Part shown: piece after piece, positions 29,046-37,195 of the stretch | Layout: each line of letters begins with the position of its first letter | How positions within the stretch are numbered: position 1 is the first letter of the stretch | Notes under the pieces: generated by a model | What the model was told of the DNA's origin: nothing | Database searches by the model: none | Seen by the model: only the letters and a program-made list of their open reading frames with translations | Translations under genes and position numbers: made by a program | Sequence record: PP174317.1 | Source of the DNA: Acinetobacter phage vB_AbaSt_W16 | DNA: 64,000 bases | Reading direction: 5' to 3' (one strand)

Positions 29046-29465
29046 ATGAAAAACTTATTTTTAGTAATGACTGCAAACTTCGAAGTTTCTTATGTATCTA
29101 CTGCACCGGTTGCAGATAATGGAGCTGAAATTGTTGTACGTCAAGATATTCTTAAACATCTTAGTGTTACACAATTGGTTCAAATCGCTAAAAGCATGAA
29201 CCCTGAATTAAAAGTTAATAATAAACAAGCGCGTGAAATCATTCTTGCCGCTATTGATGAAGAAATTGTTAAAATCCCAGTTAAATCGACTGAAACTAAA
29301 ACAGTATCTTCTAAATCAATTTGTTATGCGGCATTTGATTTAATCGATATGGATAATAAAGAAGTTGCACGTTCTACTGTTGAAGCTTTGATTACAGAGC
29401 ACAATATTCCAAAACGTGTTGTTCAATCTTATGCATCAAACTATCGTAAAGCTAAACGCGCATAA
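29046..29465 (+). CDS. hypothetical protein 139 aa (plus-strand early gene)
   Basis: ORF with upstream GTTTACA-17-CATAAT promoter and downstream terminator. Confidence 0.6.
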   Translation: MKNLFLVMTANFEVSYVSTAPVADNGAEIVVRQDILKHLSVTQLVQIAKSMNPELKVNNKQAREIILAAIDEEIVKIPVKSTETKTVSSKSICYAAFDLIDMDNKEVARSTVEALITEHNIPKRVVQSYASNYRKAKRA

Positions 29466-29477
29466 AATTTAAGTATG

Positions 29478-29509
29478 AAAAAACCCGCAAATTGCGGGTT
29501 TTCTTTTAT
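29478..29509 (+). terminator. rho-independent terminator after plus-strand ORF 29046..29465
   Basis: A6-CCCGC-aaatt-GCGGG-TTTTCTTTT. Confidence 0.75.
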
Positions 29510-29510
29510 T

Positions 29511-29599
29511 TGGCGGAAAGCAGTGTAGTCGAAACACAACCGATTTAACGGTCCACTCGGTTAGCAGTCGGTGCCAATGACCTCATTGATTTACTTTCC
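29511..29599 (-). tRNA. tRNA-like gene, type II (long variable arm), anticodon unresolved (possibly GCU/Ser)
   Basis: 7-bp acceptor GGAAAGT/GCTTTCC, T-loop TTCGACT, encoded CCA, variable-arm hairpin ACCG-TTAAAT-CGGT; anticodon stem not cleanly foldable by eye. Confidence 0.35.
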
Positions 29600-29600
29600 A

Positions 29601-29831
29601 TTATTGAATTACTGCAGTAGGTGTATAAAAATTAGATAATACACTTAAAATCTTATCTAATTCAACTAATGCATGATATCGATTTTTATAAACTGATCTA
29701 TGTTCGGTACATTCAACTTTGATACCAGTTGAAATATGAGTAACTCGAACACCTCTATCGGGCGTATTAACCCAATTACTATGTTTGCCTACTCTAAATG
29801 TATCAATTCTAATATCAGAAGGTAGTAGCAT
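29601..29831 (-). CDS. hypothetical protein 76 aa
   Basis: ORF. Confidence 0.4.
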   Translation of the reverse strand: MLLPSDIRIDTFRVGKHSNWVNTPDRGVRVTHISTGIKVECTEHRSVYKNRYHALVELDKILSVLSNFYTPTAVIQ

Positions 29832-29957
29832 TTTAATTTCCTCATTTAAAAATACGAGCGGGAATCGAACCCGCTAGCGCCGTATGGTCTTACGCGAACC
29901 ATTCTTTCAATGGAATCGAACCATCTGCAGCCTCCGCCGGCACCTTCCACCAAGGTA

Positions 29958-30407
29958 TCAGGTAATAATATAAATTGGTTTTTGTGGTAATATCGTCTCT
30001 AAATTATCAATAGTTCGACGAATTTTTGCCATCAAGTTTTTATCAACAATTGCGTCAGGTCCAACATTAATAAAAACACGTTCGATTGTTTTAAGGGCAT
30101 CAAATCCACGTAAGGAATTTGCATTTCTATAACCAGTAGAAAAAATAAAACAATCTTGGCCCAAATCAGATTTAAAATTCCGTGCTGCAGGTAAAGACTG
30201 TGCAACATAAAGATCAGTATCTTTATTAAAAATTTCTAAAATATTTTTAGTACAATTAATAGGTGTGCACACATAAATCATACGATTGTAAATGGCATCT
30301 ATAGGTTTATACGTTATTGGAGTTGTGGTTGCAGCTTTCTCTTTTACCTTATGGCATGTAAGATCTAAAAATCGTTGTAACTCATTCATAACATTCCATC
30401 CAAACAT
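29958..30407 (-). CDS. hypothetical protein 149 aa (start may be second Met)
   Basis: ORF; first ATG abuts terminator U-run. Confidence 0.5.
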   Translation of the reverse strand: MFGWNVMNELQRFLDLTCHKVKEKAATTTPITYKPIDAIYNRMIYVCTPINCTKNILEIFNKDTDLYVAQSLPAARNFKSDLGQDCFIFSTGYRNANSLRGFDALKTIERVFINVGPDAIVDKNLMAKIRRTIDNLETILPQKPIYIIT

Positions 30408-30444
30408 AATAAAAAATTGCCCAGGTTGGTAAGTTCAACCTGGG
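30408..30444 (-). terminator. rho-independent terminator downstream of tRNA-Trp
   Basis: 9-bp stem CCCAGGTTG/CAACCTGGG then UUUUUUAUU on minus strand. Confidence 0.65.
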
Positions 30445-30475
30445 TCTTACAAGTCCCTTTAGGGAACTATTTGGC

Positions 30476-30547
30476 GGCGTCGCCAAGGACTCGAACCCTG
30501 GATTGCGGATTTGGAATCCACCGTGTTTCCAACTACACTAACGACCC
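30476..30547 (-). tRNA. tRNA-Trp (anticodon CCA)
   Basis: anticodon arm GTGGA-TTCCAAA-TCCGC, T-arm CAGGG-TTCGAGT-CCTTG; one acceptor mismatch. Confidence 0.55.
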
Positions 30548-30791
30548 TTAAACTGCAAATGTGCCAGCATGAAATAATCTCAAACACAATATAAAACCTG
30601 TTGTCAACGCAGGAAAGCTTAATGGCATGTCACGATATAAATTGACAAGTGCATGCAAGCTGTTCTTTTTTAATTATATAGTAAGCACCAACAAATTGTG
30701 AAACGGTGGAATGAGTGAGGCAATTTGCTTTACTCAAGTACCTATACTTACTATAGTGTATATTCGTCTTACGAGAAATATACAAATTGGT

Positions 30792-30864
30792 CTCCGTAGA
30801 ATGATTTGAACATTCGACACCTGCGTCCCAAACGCAGTGCTCTACCAGACTGAGCTATACGGAG
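30792..30864 (-). tRNA. tRNA-Pro (UGG)
   Basis: perfect cloverleaf: acceptor CTCCGTA/TACGGAG, D GCTCAGTCTGGTAGAGC, anticodon loop TTTGGGA. Confidence 0.8.
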
Positions 30865-30985
30865 TTAAATTGCCGTGAAATGTCCTTTTATACTTTCGAG
30901 CATTTCACCACTCAATAAGTAAATCTTGAAGCTTTATTTGTTTTACAAGAGGAAACTTCGTCCTGCTTATCAGGCAATTTAAAAA

Positions 30986-31080
30986 TGGCGGAAGGTGAGG
31001 GGGTCGAACCCTCAAGGCGTGTCACCACGCTCGACTGATTTCAAGTCAGCTGCCGTCGCCAGCTTTCGGCTTGACCTTCC
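30986..31080 (-). tRNA. tRNA-Ser (UGA), type II
   Basis: acceptor GGAAGGT/ACCTTCC, anticodon loop CTTGAAA, long variable arm, T-arm GAGGG-TTCGACC-CCCTC, CCA encoded. Confidence 0.7.
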
Positions 31081-31095
31081 AATAAAATATTGACG

Positions 31096-31146
31096 ACCTA
31101 AGAACCTTTACACCAATAATGGAGACTTAGGACCCTTTACATCAAT
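31096..31146. repeat. imperfect 21-nt tandem direct repeat between tRNA-Ser and tRNA-Asn
   Basis: cctaagaacctttacaccaat / cttaggaccctttacatcaat. Confidence 0.5.
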
Positions 31147-31147
31147 T

Positions 31148-31226
31148 TGGCTCCCACCGTGAGATTCGAACTCACCTAACCTCGGATTAACAGTCCGGTC
31201 CATGCACCTAGCTCGGATTCGTGGGA
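31148..31226 (-). tRNA. tRNA-Asn (GUU)
   Basis: T-arm GTGAG-TTCGAAT-CTCAC, anticodon loop CTGTTAA, CCA encoded. Confidence 0.55.
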
Positions 31227-31233
31227 ATAATTC

Positions 31234-31310
31234 TGGTGCCGACACGAGGATTTGAACCCCGGACCCTCTGATTACAAAACAGACGCTCTACCAACTGAGC
31301 TATGACGGCA
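31234..31310 (-). tRNA. tRNA-Thr (UGU)
   Basis: D-arm GCTCAGTTGGTAGAGC, anticodon loop TTTGTAA, T-loop TTCAAAT, CCA encoded. Confidence 0.65.
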
Positions 31311-31467
31311 AATCATTAATCAAATGAACCCAGGATACAATTCGAATTTTGCGAGGATAAGTCGCTCATCTACCGGTATCGCCAAGATCATTTGATTAAT
31401 GATCTTATACATTTATTTATACAACCCAAAAGGGCACCAGTATGACCACTTGCCGAGAACACAGTGA

Positions 31468-31569
31468 GTTAAAACTCTTTATGACAAGATTAATAAAATT
31501 TGATCGTTAAAACTTTGAACTTTACGAAATAAAAACTTTAATCTTTGAGATTTAAACTTTAAGCTTTCG
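31468..31569. repeat. three tandem ~22-nt iteron-like repeats AAACTTTrAnCTTT (+ one half copy)
   Basis: aaactttgaacttt / aaactttaatcttt / aaactttaagcttt at 31511, 31533, 31554. Confidence 0.6.
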
Positions 31570-31711
31570 CAATTTTGGGATAATGTACAGTCTTCGCGCA
31601 TGGGAATCTGTATCACCATCAAAGTTCTATAACCTTAGAAGTTAGCCGATTTTAGGATGCATCGGCTAGAACCCTCTACAGTTTTTGATCATACTGATTT
31701 TATTTAAAACA

Positions 31712-32281
31712 TTAATCTAAAACAATTAATGGATTATTTTCTGTTAAAATTGCGTCGAATTCAAGCTCGAAGAAATCTATTGTCTTTTTAATTTCATCGA
31801 GTTCTTCTTGTATGTCCAGAATTGTAGGTTTTTCTCGTTTTTCCAACAATGTCTTGAACTCGGCGTCATCTGATGGAGTTTTGAGCATCTTGGCATCAAA
31901 CTCACGTTCAACTTGAACAAACAGTGAACGATTTGCAGCTAAATCTTTTTGCATTTTAGCATATAAGGCTTTAAGCTGAGGTAAAACATGAGTACGATAC
32001 GTTAACGCATCATTAATACTCATTTCCATGCTGCCAATTTGAATTGTATGCTTTGCATTGGCACGATTAATAGCACAGCGTAATTTAAATTCTTCCGCTA
32101 AACGGTCTTTAAATGATTGGATATTACGACGACTTCCTTCGGAAAATTCTTTAATCGGTCGTGCTGTTGAAATTTCAACTCCATTACGGAATACACCAGA
32201 AAATGCTGCATCACGAAGATCTGAAGTGAATGATACTTTATTGCGTTTTAACGTAACTAAACCACGAGCGATTGTAGTCAT
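31712..32281 (-). CDS. hypothetical protein 189 aa in tRNA region
   Basis: ORF with upstream MotA-box-like TTGCTT + TATAAT. Confidence 0.55.
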   Translation of the reverse strand: MTTIARGLVTLKRNKVSFTSDLRDAAFSGVFRNGVEISTARPIKEFSEGSRRNIQSFKDRLAEEFKLRCAINRANAKHTIQIGSMEMSINDALTYRTHVLPQLKALYAKMQKDLAANRSLFVQVEREFDAKMLKTPSDDAEFKTLLEKREKPTILDIQEELDEIKKTIDFFELEFDAILTENNPLIVLD

Positions 32282-32319
32282 AATAAATTCCTCTATTCAA
32301 AAATAAACTTTATGTGATC

Positions 32320-32346
32320 ATTATATCATTAAATTATGAAAAGCAA
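32320..32346 (-). promoter_or_regulatory. possible MotA-dependent middle promoter (TTGCTTTT ... 13 nt ... TATAAT) for ORF 31712..32281
   Basis: minus-strand reading AGTTGCTTTTCATAATTTAATGATATAATGATCACAT. Confidence 0.35.
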
Positions 32347-32503
32347 CTTAATTACTAATCATGTCCAACTTTTTTATTACATAGTATACAAGTAGATTCT
32401 TTAGAATAATAACCCATATCATTTAACATTCTAGCTGTATATGAATCATTATCTTTAGTTACTTGATAATAATGTTTGCAAAATAACTGTTTGAAGAACT
32501 TAA

Positions 32504-32746
32504 TCATTTAAGACGCACCTTGGCTTCAAAAACAAATCTGTATTCATCATCCGTCAAAACTTTGGCTCGTTCATAAGAAGTTGCCATTCTTAAAACGGCA
32601 CCAGTATATGATACAATTGCAAAAACACAATTCTTAGAATCTTTATTGGCAATTTCACCAACTTTAAATCTAAATTTTTTATACGTATATTTATTATCAT
32701 ACGTACATAAAAATTGTGCTAAATTTTTAGAAAATGTAAATCTCAT
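32504..32746 (-). CDS. hypothetical protein 80 aa
   Basis: ORF. Confidence 0.4.
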   Translation of the reverse strand: MRFTFSKNLAQFLCTYDNKYTYKKFRFKVGEIANKDSKNCVFAIVSYTGAVLRMATSYERAKVLTDDEYRFVFEAKVRLK

Positions 32747-33024
32747 TAATTTACCATCTTCATTTAAAATTCCATAAATTGAACGGCTTGATGTTTTATC
32801 AATGCACTTGCGACAAATCTATTTATTCATGGTAAACCTCATCAATTAAGGGTTAAAAGAAATAAAGGAGGTTTTTCATTCAAGGACCTCATACCTTTGC
32901 CAATGAGAGGGCATGCTAAGCAGTGGTCACATCTCAGGCTATGAATTTGGTGGATACCGGGAGTGCTTGCACCTCCAATCAACTACGTTGTCCGCTGCTT
33001 TACTATTTAAGCTAACAGTACCCA

Positions 33025-33101
33025 TGGAGACGCCGGATGGATTCGAACCCTCATCGACGCGGATTTGCAATCCGCCGCATAACCAATTCTGCCACGACGT
33101 C
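33025..33101 (-). tRNA. tRNA-Cys (GCA)
   Basis: anticodon arm GCGGA-TTGCAAA-TCCGC; T-loop TTCGAAT; one T-stem mismatch. Confidence 0.55.
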
Positions 33102-33108
33102 TTAAACT

Positions 33109-33183
33109 TGGTGGGCCCAGGGAATTTCGAAATCCCAACCTTCAGATTATGAGTCTGCTGCTCCGCCTTTGAGCTATAGGCCC
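33109..33183 (-). tRNA. tRNA-Met or Ile2 (CAU)
   Basis: acceptor GGGCCTA/TGGGCCC, D GCTC-AAAGGCG-GAGC, anticodon loop CTCATAA, CCA encoded. Confidence 0.7.
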
Positions 33184-33836
33184 TTAAACATTTTACGCCC
33201 TTTATTCCAACCTTCTGGAATAGGATCATTTTTATCTATTCGTTTGGATTGTTTCAACTCTAGTGAGTATATCCACATTTTTCCAAACTGAGAATTTTGT
33301 TCAGGTGTTCTTGATTTTGCGGCAATTGACATCTTTTGTTTAGTTTCATCCGAATGCTTTTTACCAGTCCAGTCATACTTCCATGCTTTTAAAGCTGATT
33401 TTTTAAACTCAGGATTGGTCCATAAAGTTTTTTGAATTTTAGACATTTTAGAACAAAACTCTTCATTAAACTTTGCATCGGTATTAAGCTTATTTACAAA
33501 AGTAGATGATCTCTTTTTATTTCTTAATGATATTACATATGCATCAGAATTAATATGATCCCAACCGCCAAAACCACCTAATTTTAAATTGTATGTATCT
33601 TTACGATCTACAAAATCTTGATCGACAATTAAAGCTTCCATTTCAAACATATCTGATTCAGAATCATGATACATCAAAATATCTTTCTTAAAATTTTCAA
33701 TACCATATTTGGCGATTGATCTTTTAAGAATTTTACCGGAACCCATATAATTATCTTCAAGATTGTCAGTCTTGTGAACACCAATATAAATTTTACCATT
33801 TATCAAGTTGGTAATCTTGTACGTATAAAAATGCAT
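33174..33836 (-). CDS. GIY-YIG homing endonuclease (SegB-like, in tRNA cluster)
   Basis: YTYKITN..GKIYIG..MGSG catalytic block plus C-terminal HSDETKQKMS (NUMOD3-like); last codons overlap tRNA 5' end. Confidence 0.8.
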   Translation of the reverse strand: MHFYTYKITNLINGKIYIGVHKTDNLEDNYMGSGKILKRSIAKYGIENFKKDILMYHDSESDMFEMEALIVDQDFVDRKDTYNLKLGGFGGWDHINSDAYVISLRNKKRSSTFVNKLNTDAKFNEEFCSKMSKIQKTLWTNPEFKKSALKAWKYDWTGKKHSDETKQKMSIAAKSRTPEQNSQFGKMWIYSLELKQSKRIDKNDPIPEGWNKGRKMFKGL

Positions 33837-33891
33837 GAATATCCTTAATAATTCGTAACGTTACAAGGATATTTATATTCATGCGAAAAAG

Positions 33892-33964
33892 CCCGCCTGA
33901 CAGGATTCGAACCTGTGTGAGTCGCAATAGAACTACGATGCCTAATCCATTCGGCCACAGACGG
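33892..33964 (-). tRNA. tRNA-Arg (UCU)
   Basis: anticodon arm TCGTA-GTTCTAT-TGCGA, T-arm ACAGG-TTCGAAT-CCTGT; CCA not encoded. Confidence 0.75.
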
Positions 33965-33970
33965 ATAATT

Positions 33971-34044
33971 TGGTCGTTCAGGACGGATTCGAACCGTCAC
34001 ACAGAGTTTTAGGGACTCCTGGTCTACCGTTAACCTACTGAACG
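33971..34044 (-). tRNA. tRNA with anticodon loop CCCUAAA (anticodon reads CUA, amber-suppressor-like; alternative reading UAA/Leu if shifted)
   Basis: perfect acceptor CGTTCAG/CTGAACG, T-arm GACGG-TTCGAAT-CCGTC, anticodon stem GGAGT/ACTCT, CCA encoded. Confidence 0.6.
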
Positions 34045-34376
34045 AAACCCGCTAAAATAAAGCGGGAGTTGATCAAGTTACGCATTATCAAGAGGCTATT
34101 GATCCATGAAAATAAAATTACTTGACCATCCTGGCAGATTTGTTGGAATTCCACCAACTATCTCCATCATATCTAAGATGGCATTCTAATCTTGAACTAT
34201 AATCCACTAGGTCAAAGTAACTTTTAAATGATAACGAATATTGATGGGACTCGAACCACATATCAACCGGGTTTAACAGGCCGGTTATGCTCCAGTATCA
34301 GGCGCAAGCTTAACCAATTAGCTACTGATTCATTATCATTTAAAAGTTACCTCAATTAAGAGGTAACTGAGGTAAT

Positions 34377-34634
34377 TTAAGCGGCTGCTTCAACTAAACC
34401 TAATTTAACAGCGTTTTCATAATCTACCATTTCAATTGCGTCCATGATAGTGTCAAAATCTTCATTGACAGCAGTTTGGATAATATCGCCATTACGTGCT
34501 TCAAATGTTACCGCTACTACACCGTTTTCATATTGAACCAGGCCGCGGATTTTAGCTGCATCAAGAGCAAAACGTGCAATATTAGTAGCTTGTGGTACGT
34601 CTTTACGAACAGATAAAGAAATGCGAGTTGCCAT
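34377..34634 (-). CDS. hypothetical protein 85 aa
   Basis: ORF. Confidence 0.45.
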   Translation of the reverse strand: MATRISLSVRKDVPQATNIARFALDAAKIRGLVQYENGVVAVTFEARNGDIIQTAVNEDFDTIMDAIEMVDYENAVKLGLVEAAA

Positions 34635-34669
34635 GATGTTTTCCTTTAAGGTTTAATTTACAAAAATAT

Positions 34670-34891
34670 TTATACAGCAGTTTTTCTATTTTGACGAAAA
34701 TCAATAATAGAAGAAATAAGTGCAAAAATCATTGAGATGCCAATAAATTTCAATGAAGTAAATCCCATTGTTTTAATTTCAGCATTTGTCATAAAAATAC
34801 CAAAAATAGCTGTTGCTAATGCAACTAGCATACCTACAGCAAAAATGCTATAACCTACTTTGTCAAAGAACTCTACAGATTTGGTTTTCAT
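34670..34891 (-). CDS. small membrane protein 73 aa
   Basis: 2 TM. Confidence 0.4.
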   Translation of the reverse strand: MKTKSVEFFDKVGYSIFAVGMLVALATAIFGIFMTNAEIKTMGFTSLKFIGISMIFALISSIIDFRQNRKTAV

Positions 34892-34978
34892 AACAATTTA
34901 CTCAATGTTTGTTAACTTGATAAGATCATAATATCACACTTTTTTGAAAAGCGTTAATACTTTTTAAAAATTTTTAAA

Positions 34979-35434
34979 TTATTTTTCCGGAGACCAATCT
35001 AAATCTAAATCCTCAACATATTCATGCGTTGCACCAATTGAAATTTTAAACTCCAATTTAGGTTTGGCCATTGCACCAATATCATATGCTAATGTAATAT
35101 GAGGCTGATAATCCGGAAAATCATAAGTTGCACCTAATGCTTGTGCATATGCAAAACGAGAGTGCAAATAAGGTGAATCTAGTAATAACACAAGGGCTCG
35201 TTTGCCGTTATGTTCAAATATTTCAAAATCTTTAGCATATGCAATAATACCAAGATTGTCCATTGGTTTAAATGGAACAAACACGCGAGAATAGCATATT
35301 GTAGAATGTAATTTATCGCGAGGTGTTGCATCAAATAACTTTAATTTATCTTGTAAATCGCATAAAGCATCTAATGTGTCATTACTAAATTTGACCGCAG
35401 CATATGTACCACGGTCAAGTTGACTAAATTTCAT
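34979..35434 (-). CDS. 57B: gp57B-like protein
   Basis: 151 aa (T4 152 aa), synteny upstream of gene 1. Confidence 0.55.
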   Translation of the reverse strand: MKFSQLDRGTYAAVKFSNDTLDALCDLQDKLKLFDATPRDKLHSTICYSRVFVPFKPMDNLGIIAYAKDFEIFEHNGKRALVLLLDSPYLHSRFAYAQALGATYDFPDYQPHITLAYDIGAMAKPKLEFKISIGATHEYVEDLDLDWSPEK

Positions 35435-35733
35435 TATTCTTGAACTAAGTTTACATCAACTTCTTCAGGAATGCCTTCTACTGCACCTTCCAAAGCAAGA
35501 TTTTCGTTATCAGCTACAAGAGCTTTAACAGTTTCAACAACATCAGCTAATGTAACATGACCTTCTTCATTGCCTTGAATTTGTGCAATATTAACAATTT
35601 CTTGAATTGTACCAGAAAGTTCTTGTACTTGGCCCTGCGCATGACGTAAAAGTTCATTTACATCAAATAATTGTGCCTTTAAAAGAATAACTTGTTGTTC
35701 TGCAGTTGGTTGTTGCTGTGCTTGTTGAGTCAT
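35434..35733 (-). CDS. 57A: gp57A-like tail-fibre assembly chaperone (coiled-coil, Q-rich)
   Basis: 99 aa coiled-coil, synteny. Confidence 0.5.
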   Translation of the reverse strand: MTQQAQQQPTAEQQVILLKAQLFDVNELLRHAQGQVQELSGTIQEIVNIAQIQGNEEGHVTLADVVETVKALVADNENLALEGAVEGIPEEVDVNLVQE

Positions 35734-35747
35734 TTTATTACCTCTAA

Positions 35748-36449
35748 TTAAATGTGTGCCAAAACGGCTTTTGTTAAATCTTCAATAGTACCATTATTTT
35801 TGATAACAGGTTCATGTGGAAGTTTATTAATTCCAGCTTCAGAAACATGTTCATCTTGATCTGTATTTAGTGTATCACGTTCAATATGAAGAATTATTGC
35901 ACCTAGATTACGAACTAAATTTGCTTCATGAGGATGACGAATATCAGTAATGATAAAAACATCTTTACCTTTAACAAGCTGATCAAAATAAGCTTGCATC
36001 ATACATCTTGACCAAAATTCACGATCAATTAATGATACAACAACATCAGTACCTAATGTTTGCATTAATCTACGAATAGACCAACTTTTACGATTACCCA
36101 TTATTAATGTTGCTATTTCATTATCAATACGGGATGTCTCGCGGGTTGGAATATGCAAATTATATGTCTTGACTAAAAATTCAAGAGACTTAATAATAAG
36201 ATTGTGTACATCATCATTTGAAAGTAAAAGAGGACTTTCACGATCAAAATCAGTCTCACCATTAAAGTCTGCGAATGTTAATTTTACACCACTTTTTTCG
36301 AAAAGCGCCAATTTTTCATAAGAAATATCAAGAGCTTCTTTAATAGGATAGGCTAATGCATATTTAATTGCATTGCGATGTTCACAAATAATATCGGCCG
36401 TAGTATCTTTGCCTGAACGTTTCTTTCCGGAGATAGTTACAATACGCAT
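35748..36449 (-). CDS. 1: deoxynucleoside monophosphate kinase gp1
   Basis: P-loop SGKKRSGKDTTAD, RRLMQTLGTD block matching T4 gp1. Confidence 0.85.
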   Translation of the reverse strand: MRIVTISGKKRSGKDTTADIICEHRNAIKYALAYPIKEALDISYEKLALFEKSGVKLTFADFNGETDFDRESPLLLSNDDVHNLIIKSLEFLVKTYNLHIPTRETSRIDNEIATLIMGNRKSWSIRRLMQTLGTDVVVSLIDREFWSRCMMQAYFDQLVKGKDVFIITDIRHPHEANLVRNLGAIILHIERDTLNTDQDEHVSEAGINKLPHEPVIKNNGTIEDLTKAVLAHI

Positions 36450-36474
36450 TTCATATTATCCTCACAAGTGTATA

Positions 36475-37041
36475 TTATTTCGGAGATTTCCCCTTAATTA
36501 ATTTATCAGAGATGCTTTCTCTTGTCTCTATAATAACACCGTTTTTTTCAATAGCGAAATGACTATAGTGAAAAGTGACATTTAGGTTAATAGCTGGGTC
36601 GCCGTCATCAGTGAATGAATATTCAAGATCACCCATCATAGATGGCCATGCATTATAATAATGTACAGACATTACAGTTTTTGTCTTATCATTATTAAGA
36701 ATGTGTAATGTAATAAATGGTGGTAGAACACCTGGTTCCCATCCATTACTTTCTTGGGTCATATAATTATTTAAAGCCAACATCCACTTATAAATGTCGA
36801 GCCATGCATCTAAATTTTCATCTACTAATACACGACAAACTAAAGGTTCAAATTCAAATGTTGAGCCGGGTCTGTTGGCTCGGCCAACGCCGCGAGGGCC
36901 TAATGATGTATTAGTTACTGGAATTGAGATACCTGGAATTAAAGCTGTTTGTACATTTAATTTAAAAGCTTCTGTAATATTTGCATCAGGAACATCCAAT
37001 GCAAAGTTAGTTATATTAGTTTGATTAAAAAACGCGCTCAA
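36475..37041 (-). CDS. 3: tail completion / sheath stabiliser gp3 (TTG start, AGGAG Shine-Dalgarno sequence)
   Basis: 188 aa, synteny 1-3-2-4. Confidence 0.65.
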   Translation of the reverse strand: MSAFFNQTNITNFALDVPDANITEAFKLNVQTALIPGISIPVTNTSLGPRGVGRANRPGSTFEFEPLVCRVLVDENLDAWLDIYKWMLALNNYMTQESNGWEPGVLPPFITLHILNNDKTKTVMSVHYYNAWPSMMGDLEYSFTDDGDPAINLNVTFHYSHFAIEKNGVIIETRESISDKLIKGKSPK

Positions 37042-37118
37042 GAGGGGCTCCTGGTTAAAAAATAACCATTTGAAACTGTATTTCTAACGCTTTACAAATT
37101 TCAAATGGTATAATGGGT

Positions 37119-37144
37119 TTATCCCCTATCCCCTACCCCCTATG
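37119..37144. repeat. C-rich tandem repeat (TATCCCC)x3 in HNH/gp3 intergenic region
   Basis: tatcccctatcccctacccccctatg, unusual in AT-rich genome. Confidence 0.5.
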
Positions 37145-37195
37145 CTTTTCGGTCGGGAGAGATATAGGAGCTTTATCTAATATATCTAATATATT

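Noticed and set aside
30550-30790. possible additional tRNA between tRNA-Trp and tRNA-Pro
   Set aside because: There are no TpsiC-arm or acceptor pairings; it has only imperfect palindromes (GCATGC centre) and a T-run, so it is likely spacer or terminator sequence.
32950-33020. 76-nt tRNA-like candidate ending in CCA with pairing acceptor GGGTACT/GGTATCC
   Set aside because: The T-arm is non-canonical (GGAG-GTGCAAGCA-CTCC) and the anticodon arm is not foldable; it was left unannotated pending tRNAscan.
32913-33229. ORFs 32913..33152 (+) and 32939..33229 (-)
   Set aside because: They overlap tRNA-Cys and tRNA-Met genes and each other, and have no RBS; they are artefacts of the tRNA region.
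37119-37144. possible G-quadruplex on the minus strand (GGGGGG-TA-GGGG-ATA-GGGG)
   Set aside because: Only three clear G-runs, so a fourth would require splitting the G6 run; it is reported as a repeat only.
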